Positions 13,850-23,748 of a stretch of DNA of 64,000 bases are shown here, in pieces. A program made the translations under genes and the position numbers. The stretch's first letter is position 1, and each line of letters begins with the position of its first letter. The notes under the pieces are model-generated. The model was not told the origin of the DNA and did not search any database. It was given only the letters and a program-made list of their open reading frames with translations. Source of the stretch: Veleropilina oligotropha (taxonomy: Eukaryota); contig JBEUKZ010000010.1 of assembly GCA_048128005.1 (NCBI GenBank), forward strand, positions 558,001 through 622,000. The letters are read 5' to 3'.

Positions 13850-16800
13850 AACAAGAGCTAAAGCTCGAAATGCGTGGATGTAGATAGATAGATTTGTTTA
13901 ACGACCACTATTTGACAGTTTTTCAGCATTATCGAGGTCGGGACACCCGGTTTAAGGTCTCACTCCGATCTGACCGACATACATTAGGGATATGCCATCT
14001 ATTAGTTTTAAGCCTTAGAATAAGCCAGGCCGGCACGGGCTTGAACCCACATCCTACCGTCCCACTTAACGTTTTTCAGATGCCCTAACCAGTTGGCCAT
14101 CGAGGACAGTTCATGCATGCGTGGAACTGCACATCAATCACTTACTAGTATATGTCATGAGTATTGTGTCTACATTCAATAGTAGTTGACATTGTCAATT
14201 TGAAATAGACATACGAAGCATGTAAAAAATTGTATAAAAAGCAGAATTTCCTAAGTCCAAAATGGCTAGTTATATATAAATATATAGTCAGAATTTTAAT
14301 TAAATTGCTTTCAATATTTCTACTCTTGGGTTAGATGACAATGAAATAGTGATATCTGACAAAGGAAGATGCCAAAAGTATGCCTATTGTTGCATATAGC
14401 ATGCTTGAGGGAAAACAGCATTTTAAGGTAAAATTTGAATTTAATAGAGTACAGTATGACCAAAAGTGATCATATGCCCCCACAAAAGCACTTGACCCAG
14501 GAACAGGCTGTCGCAGTGACCTAATTTTGGTACCCGCCACACCTTTGGGACATGAACCATGCACACATGGGAATTTTGGACCGAATGCGTGGAAAATAGG
14601 TCACAGTGACCTACTTTTGGTACGCGACACACCTTTTGGGTTATGACGCATCCACACATCAAGTTTTGTGTCCATAGGTCAAATAGCATGGAAGATATGG
14701 AGTGGTAAGGAATTTTGGACCAAACGCATGTAAGCGTGAAAAGTAGGACGTGGTGACCTACTTTTGTACGCGACACACATTTGTGTTAAGATGCACGCAC
14801 ACATCAAGTTTCGTGTTCATCGGTCAAATAGTATGCGAGATATGGAGCAGAAGGGAATTTTGAACCGAATGCAGTCAAGCGTGGAAAGTAGGTCACAGTG
14901 ACATACTTTTGGTACGCTACACACCTTTGGGTTATGATGCATCCACACATCAAGTTTCGTGTCCCTAGGTCGAATAGCATGGGAGATATGGAGTGGAAAG
15001 GAATTTTGGACCAAACGTATGCAAACATGAAAAGGTCGTGGTGACCTACTTTTTGTACGAGACACGCATTTGGGTTAAGATGCATGCACACATCAATTTT
15101 GGTGTCCCTCGGTCAAATAGCATGGGAGATATGGAGCGGAAGGAAATTTTGGACTAAGTGCGATCAAGCGCAAAAAGTAGGTCGTGGTGACCTACTTTCG
15201 GTACGCAACACACCTTTGGGTTATGATGCATCCACACATCAAGTTTCGTGTCCCTAGTCAAAATATTATCATAGATATGGAGCGGAAGGGAATTTGCAAC
15301 AGACCAACAGACAGACTACTATATGCCCCCCCCCCCCCCTAAAATTCATTTGTGAGGGCACAATTATGTTCAATATTATTTCTTTTGGTCAGATAACAAT
15401 GAAATAGTGATATCCAACATATAGTAATGCTAAAACATGCATATTGCTGCTTATATAGCATGATTGAGAATCTCAAACCAAAAACTTTAACTTTAAGTCC
15501 AAAAGCAGCATTTTATGGTGAAATTCGAAGGAAATTACCTTCAATATTATTTATTTAGTGTGAGGTAAAGATGAAATAGTGATATCTAGCAAATAACAAG
15601 AGCTAAAGCTCGAAATGGCTCGCATGCATGAGACAGCAAATCAATCACAGTGACACTTATATTTCATGAGTATTGTGTCTACATTCAATAGTAGATGACA
15701 AATTGTCAATCAATTTGTAATATTTCTACTCTAGGGTTAGATGACAATGAAATAGTGATATCTGACAAAGGAAGATGCCAAAGTCCAAAAGCAGCATTTT
15801 ATGGTAAAATTTGAATTAAACTGGACTTATCACAGAAGTGATCATATGCCCCCACAAAAGCACTTGACCCAGGAACAGGCTGTCGCAGTGACCTACTTTT
15901 GGTACCCGGCACACCTTTGGGATATGAAGCATGCACACATTAAGTGCCATGTCCCTCGGTCAAATAGTATGGGAGACATGGAGCGGAATGGAATTTTGGA
16001 CCGAATGCGGTCAAACGTGGAAAGTGGGTCACGGTGACCTACTTTTGGAATGCGACACACCTTAGGGTTATGACGCATCCACACATCACGTTTAGTGTCC
16101 CTAGGCCAAATAGTATGGGAGATATGGAGTGGAAAGGAATTTTGGACCAAACGCTGGTTAGCATGAAAAGTAGCTACTTTTGGTACGCTACACACCTTTG
16201 AGTCAAGATGCATGCACACATCAAGTTTCGTGTCCCTCGGTCAAAATGTATGGGAGATATGGAGCAGAAGGGAATTTTGGACAGTGCGAAAGTAGGTCAC
16301 AGTGACCTACTTTAGGTACGCGACACACATTTGGGTTATGATGCATCCACACATCAAGATGCATCCACACATCCCTCGGTCAAATAGTATGGGAGATATG
16401 GATCTGAAGGGAATTTTGGACTGAATGCAGTCAAGCATGGAAAGTAGGTCACAGACCTACTTTTATTACGTGACACACCTTTGGGTTATGACGTATCCAC
16501 ACATCAAGTTTCGTGTCCCTAGGTCAAATAGTATGGGAGATATGGAGTGGAAAGGAATTTTGGACCAAACGTAGGTAAGTGTGAAAAGTAGATCATGGTG
16601 ACATACTTTTGGTACGCGACACATCTTCGAGTCAAGATGCATACACACATCAAGTTTCGTGTCCCTCAGTCAAAAAGTATGGGAGATATGGAGCGGAAGG
16701 GAATTTTGGACCAAGTGCGAAAAGTAGGTCGCGATGACCTACTTTTGGTACGCGACACACCTTTGGGTTATGCCTCATCCACACATCAAGATTCGTGTCC

Positions 16801-17298
16801 CTAGATGAAATATTATCGTAGATATGGAGCGGAAGGGAATTTTCAACAGAACGACAGACAGACAGACAAGCTGACTCATATATGCCCCCACCTAAACTGC
16901 ATTTGTGGGGGCACAATTATCTTCAATATTATTTATTTATGGTCAGATAACAATGAAGTAGTGATATCTAACATATAGAATGATAAACATGCATATTGTT
17001 GCTTATATACCATGCTTGAGAAACTTTAAGCAAAAACTTTAAATAAAGTCCAAAAGCAGCATTTTATGGTGAAATTCGAAGGAAATTACCTTCAATATTA
17101 TTTATTCAGTGTGAGGTAAAGATGAAATAGTGCAAATAAAAATGTTAAAACATGCATATTGTTGCTTCAATATAGCATGATTGAGAAACTTTAACCAAAA
17201 ACTTTAACCTGAGAACCAATTGTTGACGCCGGTCGGACGGACGGCAAGACGACATGCTCATTACATAGACTCGCATTTGCATTGCATGCGAGCCAAAA
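13850..17298 (+). mobile_element. Two tandem Helentron-like (HINE/pearl-type) non-autonomous elements with ~160-bp internal tandem repeats
   Basis: Both start AACAAGAGCTAAAGCTCGAAATG (13850, ~15595); internal arrays of CACACATCAAGTTTCGTGTCCC...GGAATTTTGGACC; GACA/GACG microsatellite; terminal hairpin CTCGCAT...ATGCGAG plus A-run; 5' subterminal GGCTCGCATGC is the inverted match of the 3' end. Confidence 0.7.
13879..14116 (-). mobile_element. tRNA-derived SINE, family A, inserted in the HINE-like element
   Basis: Homologous to 2979-3195; flanked by direct repeat ATGCGTGGA (13870-13878, 14117-14125); GATA-repeat tail. Confidence 0.75.
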
Positions 17299-17595
17299 AT
17301 GAGGTTTTAATGTAAACCTAATATTAGTATAAAACATACTTACGTCCTTACTCTTGCCATAATAGCATATTATCGCCCAAACCGGAAATGGTGAATATGT
17401 CCCATAAAGCACCGTTATAAGCCAAAAAAGCACACGGTTACCTCCCCTGCTCCTGCCCCCCACGTTCCCTAGCGAGACTTCGCCAAGTCTAGTGAGACTT
17501 CTGAACAATAGAAGTCACATGACATCAATTCAAAGTTCAAAAACCCAAAGGAACGTAGTAGAGGGGAGGAATGCGAACGCAGGGTGGGTAATCGT

Positions 17596-17686
17596 GTAAG
17601 GACGTAAGTATGTTTTATACTAATATTAGGTTTACATTAAAACCTCATATATAGTTACAAACATACTTACGTCCTTACTCTTGCCA
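17596..17686. other. DIRS copy 1 internal complementary region (ICR; circle-junction template)
   Basis: 17596-17648 is the reverse complement of the left end 17299-17351; the adjoining part to 17686 is the reverse complement of the right end ~24704-24743. Confidence 0.93.
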
Positions 17687-18519
17687 GAATAACCTTGGAT
17701 AGGTGGGTAAGACGTTCCTTACAACAAACCCAAACAAGATAATGACTTACTTTTCACCAATTCGATCAGCATGAAGCGTCGAGTGTGTCCGCCTAGAGTG
17801 GAATTTTTACTGAGTATTATATTCTACTCTTACCAGGCGAGAATTTCGACCAGTGTTACCGGGAGAATACGCCGTGGTGTTAGTCGGACGAGGTGAACGG
17901 AAGTGCAATCAGCCCCTGGCACGGCCGGAAGGATAAATCCCTGTAGGTCTTACGTGTCATGGACCAGTGGCAGCCAAATGGGTCTCCGGGCCTATAGGCC
18001 GGTAGCCAGAGGATGCAGTCGGATTTGTAAGCACACGGAACCTAACAGGTTGTGAAAGCTTTAAAATCAAAAGCAAAGAATTAATAGATTATATAATAAT
18101 CGATATTAATAAGTAGTTCGTATGACCAACTTGCGAACGCTAACATGGACGACATGTCACTTAAAATAAATTTTAAGGAAGCAAAAATGTTCGACATGTT
18201 ACTTAAAAATAAATGTTAAGGAATCAACATTTTAAATGTATTGAACATCGTATGTTCGATTACAGCAAAGAACATAATAATATTGAACCCTAATCTTTTT
18301 AAGATTTGTGCAAAATTATCAAAGTTGTTTTATTAAATTCAATGTGATCTGGCTTATGTCAACACTCAGTCTGACATGAGAAGTACAAAATCTTAAATTA
18401 GATTTAAGAAATGAACAGACATTGAACTGCCCCATAGGTGTTAATTACATAGCACCGTTTGGCCAACGAAAATAAAATGGCGTCAGTAAATATGCAAATG
18501 AGCAATCAGAGAACAATAC

Positions 18520-21477
18520 TTACTGATTAGAAGACCTCGGTCTAACAATAACCCGTTGTGCAGCAACACAGTGTAAACTGCTTAGGCCATCAGCCCCGGT
18601 TGAGTAGTCGCGCAGATAATGTTTTACAAACACGTTAGCGTTTTTCCAATATCCGGCCTGTAGTAACGCATTGATATTTAAATTATGTCGGAAGGCTACA
18701 GACGCTGCAATGGCCCGGACCTCATGTGCGCGGACCGATAAAATAGTTCGGTCGTCGTCATCACAACGGATGTAAACATCTCTCACAGTTTGTGAAATCC
18801 ACCGCGAAACAGTAGTCCTCGTAATGTCGCGGGTGTAGGTGGGCAAATACGAAATGAATAAACGTAATTTTCCCTGTCGCAACTCACGGGTTCTGTCTAG
18901 GTAGAATCGAAGCGCCCGGACCGGGCAATTGAAGCGGTCTGCGTCGCGCCTTCCGACTAGCGTTAGCTTGGGAATAACAACATCGGGTGCGTCCTCGTTC
19001 GGCCGCTGGTTCTTGGCTAAGAAGCCCAGAATGGGACGCAGTATCACCGACCCGTCTGACTGGAATCGTATGTCTCTTAGCTCGGAGGAGAAAGCATGAA
19101 TCTCGGAACAACGCCTGCCCGACGCTAAGGCGATCAGAAAAACTGTTTTGTGCGTCAAGTTCCTCATGGTTATCTCGGACATCGGCTCATACGGGGGTAA
19201 GAGTAATGCGTTAAGAATAAGTACTATATTCCAGGCAGGTGGCTTAATTCTTCGGGTCGGTATCTCGAGTTCATAAGATCGTATAAAATCTGATATCGTT
19301 CGGTCGCTTGATAGGCCAGCATGGGCACGACACTGCTTTAGCGTGGTCGCGATCGTTGCCCGATAGCCTTTGACGGCGGACACTGACATACCGCGGTCGA
19401 AGAGCGACGATAAAAACTCGATAAACTTGTTCACAGGGGGACGGAGTATATTGATCTGCCTGCTGTGACACCAATCCACGTACTTAACCCATCGGTAGTC
19501 ATAGACTTTTGTAGTGGAAATCCTTCTCGATCGATAGATACGTAAGGCTGTAGCTTTAGAAAATCCTTTCTTAGCAAGGGATCGTTCGATAACCGCCAGG
19601 CGTGTAAACGTAAGTGGTTCGGCGACTCGTGGAGTACACGGGTGCGTGGTTGCATTAACAGGTCTAGTTTCTGCGGTAACGCTAACGGTCGATCGACGAT
19701 CAGATCGAGGAGGGTCGGAAACCAAGGTTGCGTGCGATAAAGGGGCGCTATTAGCGTTATCTCGCAACGTTCGGTCGCTGCCTTCTGTAATACCAGTGAT
19801 AGAATGCACGTCGGGGGGAAGGCATACGCGGACAGATTCTCCCATGTCATTGACATTGCGTCGACCGCCAGGGCGGCCGGGTCTGGGTACGGGGAGACAT
19901 ACAGAGGTAGTCGGTAATTGAATTCTGTTGCAAACAAGTCGACTTGGGGTTGCGACCACCGGCGGCAAACCTCCCGAGCTACTCGGCTGTGTAGCGTCCA
20001 TTCTGTGTGTATAATCTGTGATCTCTGAGAGAGCGAATCCGCTCTGACATTCAGCTTTCCCGGGATGTGTCGGGCTCGAATCGTCGAGTTGAGGGACATC
20101 ACTAAGCGGTGTAGGTCTATTGCTCGGTCGCATAGGGGACGCGAGCGTGTACCGCCCTGGTGCTGTATGTAAGCGACGACAGTCGTGTTGTCCGTGGCGA
20201 GCATTATATGCTTGTTGCGGAGATGTGACGAGAGGGACCGTACTGACAGGAAGACGGCTTCTAACTCTAGGAAGTTGATATGTCGTCCCTGAAGGTCTGT
20301 CGGCCATAGGCCTGATGTCTCGTAACTGTCGAGGTGACCACCCCAGCCGTCGTTCGAAGCGTCTGTGAACAGGTAAGCGTTCGGCTCTGGTGGGGATATA
20401 GGAACCGACTGGTCCGGCAAAGCGGGGTTCAACCACACTGCTGTCGTGTCGGTAAACCAATGCCGTAGATCGATGCGATCCTTCCACTGCCCCGTCCGTT
20501 GTATCCAGCGATCCCTGAAAGCCTGTTGTAACGGTCTTTTGTCCATGCGACCCGTCGGTAGCAGGGGCGCTACCGACTCGATGTGCCCCAGGACAGTGGC
20601 CAGTTGTCGCGCCGTAGTTATGTCCGATGACAGGGTGTCTTGGATAACCGCGCGTAGGTTCCGCATACGCTTCTGGGTCGGCTTCGCGGTGTACCGGACC
20701 GTATCGAAGTCGACTCCGAGGAACGTAAACGTCGTCGAGGGCACGAAGCAGGATTTTGTCTCGTTGATCTGAAATCCCAGGCGCTTCGTCGATGACAGGG
20801 TAAAGCTCGTAGACCGGAGGCACAGATCTCGGGACGCCCCGAGGATCAGCCAGTCGTCGAGGTACATATGTACCCTGTGCCCTAGAGAGTGTAGGAAGGC
20901 CCCCAGGGCCTGTACTGTTCTCGTGAAGACGTACGGGGCTGACGATAGACCGAACGGTAGGCACCTGAATTGGTAGATCGTCTCCCCGTGTATAAACCGA
21001 AGGTACTGATGAGCCGTGATATGCATCGGGACATGCAGATACGCGTCGGCGAGATCGATAGACGCTGCCCAGTCGCCCGGACGGATGGCCGCTCGAATCT
21101 TCGAGAGGGTTTCTTGCTGGAATTTCTCGGTACGAAGATATAGGTTTAAGTACGAGAGATCGAGGATCGGTCTCCAGCGGCCATCGGGTTTCGGGACCAG
21201 GAAGAAATGGCTGTAAAATCCTGGTGTGCTGGGCGGCGCGGGATATATCGCTCTTTTTAGGAGCAAATCCCGCACTGCCTGGTCTAAGACCGCTTGTTTC
21301 TCTCCGTTTAGGAGTCGAGCGTGTCTTGTTGGTGGTGCCTCGGTTAAGGTCGGATGCCGGTTGAATGCCAACTTGTATCCGGCACTCACGACTAAGTGGA
21401 CCCAGTTGCTGTCTGTCAGCTCTAGCCAGGGCTGGCTGTGTGCTAACAGGCACGCTCCCACCGGCGGGAGCGGGCAA
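18520..21477 (-). CDS. DIRS tyrosine recombinase ORF (YR domain in the C-terminal ~350 aa; long N-terminal overlap with pol; true start unknown)
   Basis: Catalytic-type motifs SGRRCSE, AHEVR, GYW, KHYLR; SAM-like domain region STTKVYDYRW; typical CPVRAL motif. Confidence 0.92.
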   Translation of the reverse strand: MPAPAGGSVPVSTQPALARADRQQLGPLSRECRIQVGIQPASDLNRGTTNKTRSTPKRRETSGLRPGSAGFAPKKSDISRAAQHTRILQPFLPGPETRWPLETDPRSLVLKPISSYREIPARNPLEDSSGHPSGRLGSVYRSRRRVSACPDAYHGSSVPSVYTRGDDLPIQVPTVRSIVSPVRLHENSTGPGGLPTLSRAQGTYVPRRLADPRGVPRSVPPVYELYPVIDEAPGISDQRDKILLRALDDVYVPRSRLRYGPVHREADPEAYAEPTRGYPRHPVIGHNYGATTGHCPGAHRVGSAPATDGSHGQKTVTTGFQGSLDTTDGAVEGSHRSTALVYRHDSSVVEPRFAGPVGSYIPTRAERLPVHRRFERRLGWSPRQLRDIRPMADRPSGTTYQLPRVRSRLPVSTVPLVTSPQQAYNARHGQHDCRRLHTAPGRYTLASPMRPSNRPTPLSDVPQLDDSSPTHPGKAECQSGFALSEITDYTHRMDATQPSSSGGLPPVVATPSRLVCNRIQLPTTSVCLPVPRPGRPGGRRNVNDMGESVRVCLPPDVHSITGITEGSDRTLRDNANSAPLSHATLVSDPPRSDRRSTVSVTAETRPVNATTHPCTPRVAEPLTFTRLAVIERSLAKKGFSKATALRIYRSRRISTTKVYDYRWVKYVDWCHSRQINILRPPVNKFIEFLSSLFDRGMSVSAVKGYRATIATTLKQCRAHAGLSSDRTISDFIRSYELEIPTRRIKPPAWNIVLILNALLLPPYEPMSEITMRNLTHKTVFLIALASGRRCSEIHAFSSELRDIRFQSDGSVILRPILGFLAKNQRPNEDAPDVVIPKLTLVGRRDADRFNCPVRALRFYLDRTRELRQGKLRLFISYLPTYTRDITRTTVSRWISQTVRDVYIRCDDDDRTILSVRAHEVRAIAASVAFRHNLNINALLQAGYWKNANVFVKHYLRDYSTGADGLSSLHCVAAQRVIVRPRSSNQ
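19431..21461 (-). CDS. DIRS pol: reverse transcriptase, RNase H and Dam-like methyltransferase domain (no ATG before RT)
   Basis: GFYSHFFLVPKPDGRWRPILDL, DLADAY, LPFGL, YLDD; RNase H LFTDAS / HINFLELEAV / TDNTTVVAYI; MT-like VDLFAT / YAFPP. Confidence 0.95.
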   Translation of the reverse strand: MGACLLAHSQPWLELTDSNWVHLVVSAGYKLAFNRHPTLTEAPPTRHARLLNGEKQAVLDQAVRDLLLKRAIYPAPPSTPGFYSHFFLVPKPDGRWRPILDLSYLNLYLRTEKFQQETLSKIRAAIRPGDWAASIDLADAYLHVPMHITAHQYLRFIHGETIYQFRCLPFGLSSAPYVFTRTVQALGAFLHSLGHRVHMYLDDWLILGASRDLCLRSTSFTLSSTKRLGFQINETKSCFVPSTTFTFLGVDFDTVRYTAKPTQKRMRNLRAVIQDTLSSDITTARQLATVLGHIESVAPLLPTGRMDKRPLQQAFRDRWIQRTGQWKDRIDLRHWFTDTTAVWLNPALPDQSVPISPPEPNAYLFTDASNDGWGGHLDSYETSGLWPTDLQGRHINFLELEAVFLSVRSLSSHLRNKHIMLATDNTTVVAYIQHQGGTRSRPLCDRAIDLHRLVMSLNSTIRARHIPGKLNVRADSLSQRSQIIHTEWTLHSRVAREVCRRWSQPQVDLFATEFNYRLPLYVSPYPDPAALAVDAMSMTWENLSAYAFPPTCILSLVLQKAATERCEITLIAPLYRTQPWFPTLLDLIVDRPLALPQKLDLLMQPRTRVLHESPNHLRLHAWRLSNDPLLRKDFLKLQPYVSIDREGFPLQKSMTTDGLSTWIGVTAGRSIYSVPL

Positions 21478-21504
21478 CTGGGGCCGTCGCGAATGCCGGC
21501 AGCC

Positions 21505-23748
21505 CTAGGGCCGAGGCTTCCCTATCCCGCTCTGCTTGCGGGATTTCGCTGGAGGTGCTCGCCTCTTTGGAGTGGGTTTATTGGCCGGAGGCCTACCACC
21601 CGAAGAGGGCTTCGCACGCTTAGAAGGCTTCGGGGCCGGGGTGGGCCCGGAGCGCTTCTTCGAGTTGGCAGGTGGACCCCGGGTGGGGAGCAGTACTGCC
21701 TTCTCGATGGCACGGTCCTTAATGTCCGCCGCTCTCTTGTCAACAAACTCCGTGAAGTTGTCACCAAAGAGAGTGGTGGCCGAGCAAGGTACGCATCGCA
21801 ACGAGCGCCGGGTGGGCTCGTCCAGCGAGGTACCTTCCAGGCAAGCATCCCTACGTAGTAGGAGGGCATTGCCCAGGACACGTCCCGTCTCCAACGCGCT
21901 GGTCTCCTGCGCGGCAGCAACCTCCTGGAGGAAGGACAGGGCAGCCTCGGTGGCGCCGGGTCCATTCTCCTGTAATACGGCTATCGCCCCGTCTAGGAAA
22001 AAATCCTGAACGGACGATAGCCGCAGAGCCCGTCGGGCGGAGCTCTCGAAAGCTTCCAAGGCGGACCAAGGAACTTTCGCTACGGAGGGAGGGTGACTGG
22101 CGGTCAGTCGACGCAACGAAGCGTCCACACGAGCCGGCTCAGTCGCCAGGCACGGGCCAGTGCATTCGAACGGGGTCGCTCGAGTACTGGCCCGGAGGTA
22201 CCTCCCACTACGGAACCCCGAAGGGAACTCGTTCAGCGGGGAGGACTCCACCGGATTGCGCCCCTGAACGAGCTTGGTGATCGAGTCTACAACAAGATCC
22301 ACCAGCCCGGACTGAGGTAAGGAGGGGAGCTCGGGGGCTTCCCTCGCAACAAACCGATGTGCTGCCGTCCTATGCTTGGCTACGTCTACAGCCGACCGAG
22401 TCGGTTCCGACAAGCCAAGCACCCCGCGAAGTGACGCAACAGCGTCGAGCCTTCGGCGGGTGGAGGAGGTCGGCTCCTGCGTGCCTGTAAGACTAATGTC
22501 TTCGGACCCGACCGATTCAGGGAGGTCGGAGTGATTTGAACAGAGATCCTCGTTGGAACGAGGGTCGATGTCTATCACTGAGGCAGGAGCCGTGCTCTGC
22601 GCCATGGGCAGAAGTGTAGGTACCAGGTGCGGCTCGGGAGCCGTCGGCCAGGCCTTACACCGTTCCTCGATCCCCGCCGCGATCCATGCCTGGACGTTCT
22701 CAAAAGAGAAACCCGGAGGCAGGACGGGCGACGAACTAACAGCCGGTAGTTCTGTCGAGGTAACCGTGGCGCTAGGTAGACGGGCTGCATTGACAGGTCG
22801 AACCGAGGACCAGGGTCCACGGGCACTTGTCGAGGGGTCGAACCCGAAGGACTGGCCCGGAGGCGCAGTCAGTGGGCCGGACGACCGATAGGACTGCGGC
22901 AACAGTTCTGATCGGTCTACCACTCTGTTCGAGCGAGGCACGGACGGAAAACCGCCGTAGAACCCCGTCCCGAACGCAGCCGGTCTGTCCACGTTCTCTA
23001 GCGTGACCACGGTGGGTGCACGGGAGAGACCGGGCCCTCTGAATGTCTCGTGAGCTTCGAGGTTGAGCGGAAAACCCCTAGGGGAAGTCGCATCGTTCTC
23101 GACCGAGGATTCAGGTTTCGCCGATTGTCCGAGTCTTAGACCTACAAGTAGGTGCCCGGCCTCTTTAAAGGCTTTCTCTGCATTGGGTCTGTCACCGTAG
23201 GAAGACGGTGAGTTTCCCGCAGAAGGACTAACTGTCCCCTTATTCTTCGAGGCCGAAGAAAAGGATGGGGATAGTCTGCCCTGTTCAGCTGTTCGCTGCG
23301 CTGTCATGTATACCTTGCTAGCCGGCAAGGTATGGCTGACTGCAGTTACTAGGCCCAGTTGTGGAGGAACGGTCGACACTCGGGTCTTTACCTGAATCTG
23401 GGGTACCGGCAAGGTTTCGGTGACTCTCCCAAGAGTCGCGGAGGTTTCGCCGGTGGATCCGGCGACAGACGTCTGTCGGCTGTCGTCCAGCGTCCCTGAA
23501 GCAGACAAAGAAGAAACGTTAGGTAACTTACCGGTCTCTTCATGACCCTTCTCCACGGGAGGACCCACCGTGGCAGTCGCCCTGGTCGACTTACCGTGGT
23601 GAGACAGGGTTGCCCACTGCTTATCTGATAGAAGAAAGCACAGATCACATTGATGATGTATACTACAGCTACGATGAATACAACATTCCTTGTGCCTATC
23701 AAATGCGTGAATTTTCTGGTTACACCCGGAGCTACTGCACCGGACCAT
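21505..23748 (-). CDS. DIRS gag-like ORF1
   Basis: First ATG gives MVRCSSSGC..., a Cys/His-rich N-terminus; low-complexity middle; helical C-terminal domain (LLRRD...LFG); basic tail; first ORF after the 5' ITR. Confidence 0.85.
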   Translation of the reverse strand: MVRCSSSGCNQKIHAFDRHKECCIHRSCSIHHQCDLCFLLSDKQWATLSHHGKSTRATATVGPPVEKGHEETGKLPNVSSLSASGTLDDSRQTSVAGSTGETSATLGRVTETLPVPQIQVKTRVSTVPPQLGLVTAVSHTLPASKVYMTAQRTAEQGRLSPSFSSASKNKGTVSPSAGNSPSSYGDRPNAEKAFKEAGHLLVGLRLGQSAKPESSVENDATSPRGFPLNLEAHETFRGPGLSRAPTVVTLENVDRPAAFGTGFYGGFPSVPRSNRVVDRSELLPQSYRSSGPLTAPPGQSFGFDPSTSARGPWSSVRPVNAARLPSATVTSTELPAVSSSPVLPPGFSFENVQAWIAAGIEERCKAWPTAPEPHLVPTLLPMAQSTAPASVIDIDPRSNEDLCSNHSDLPESVGSEDISLTGTQEPTSSTRRRLDAVASLRGVLGLSEPTRSAVDVAKHRTAAHRFVAREAPELPSLPQSGLVDLVVDSITKLVQGRNPVESSPLNEFPSGFRSGRYLRASTRATPFECTGPCLATEPARVDASLRRLTASHPPSVAKVPWSALEAFESSARRALRLSSVQDFFLDGAIAVLQENGPGATEAALSFLQEVAAAQETSALETGRVLGNALLLRRDACLEGTSLDEPTRRSLRCVPCSATTLFGDNFTEFVDKRAADIKDRAIEKAVLLPTRGPPANSKKRSGPTPAPKPSKRAKPSSGGRPPANKPTPKRRAPPAKSRKQSGIGKPRP

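Noticed and set aside
14331..16916. Repetitive ORFs within the HINE arrays
   Set aside because: Artefacts of translating tandem repeats.
19646..22891. Antisense ORFs over the DIRS coding regions (also 33023-36825)
   Set aside because: Shadows of GC-rich overlapping ORFs with no recognisable domains.
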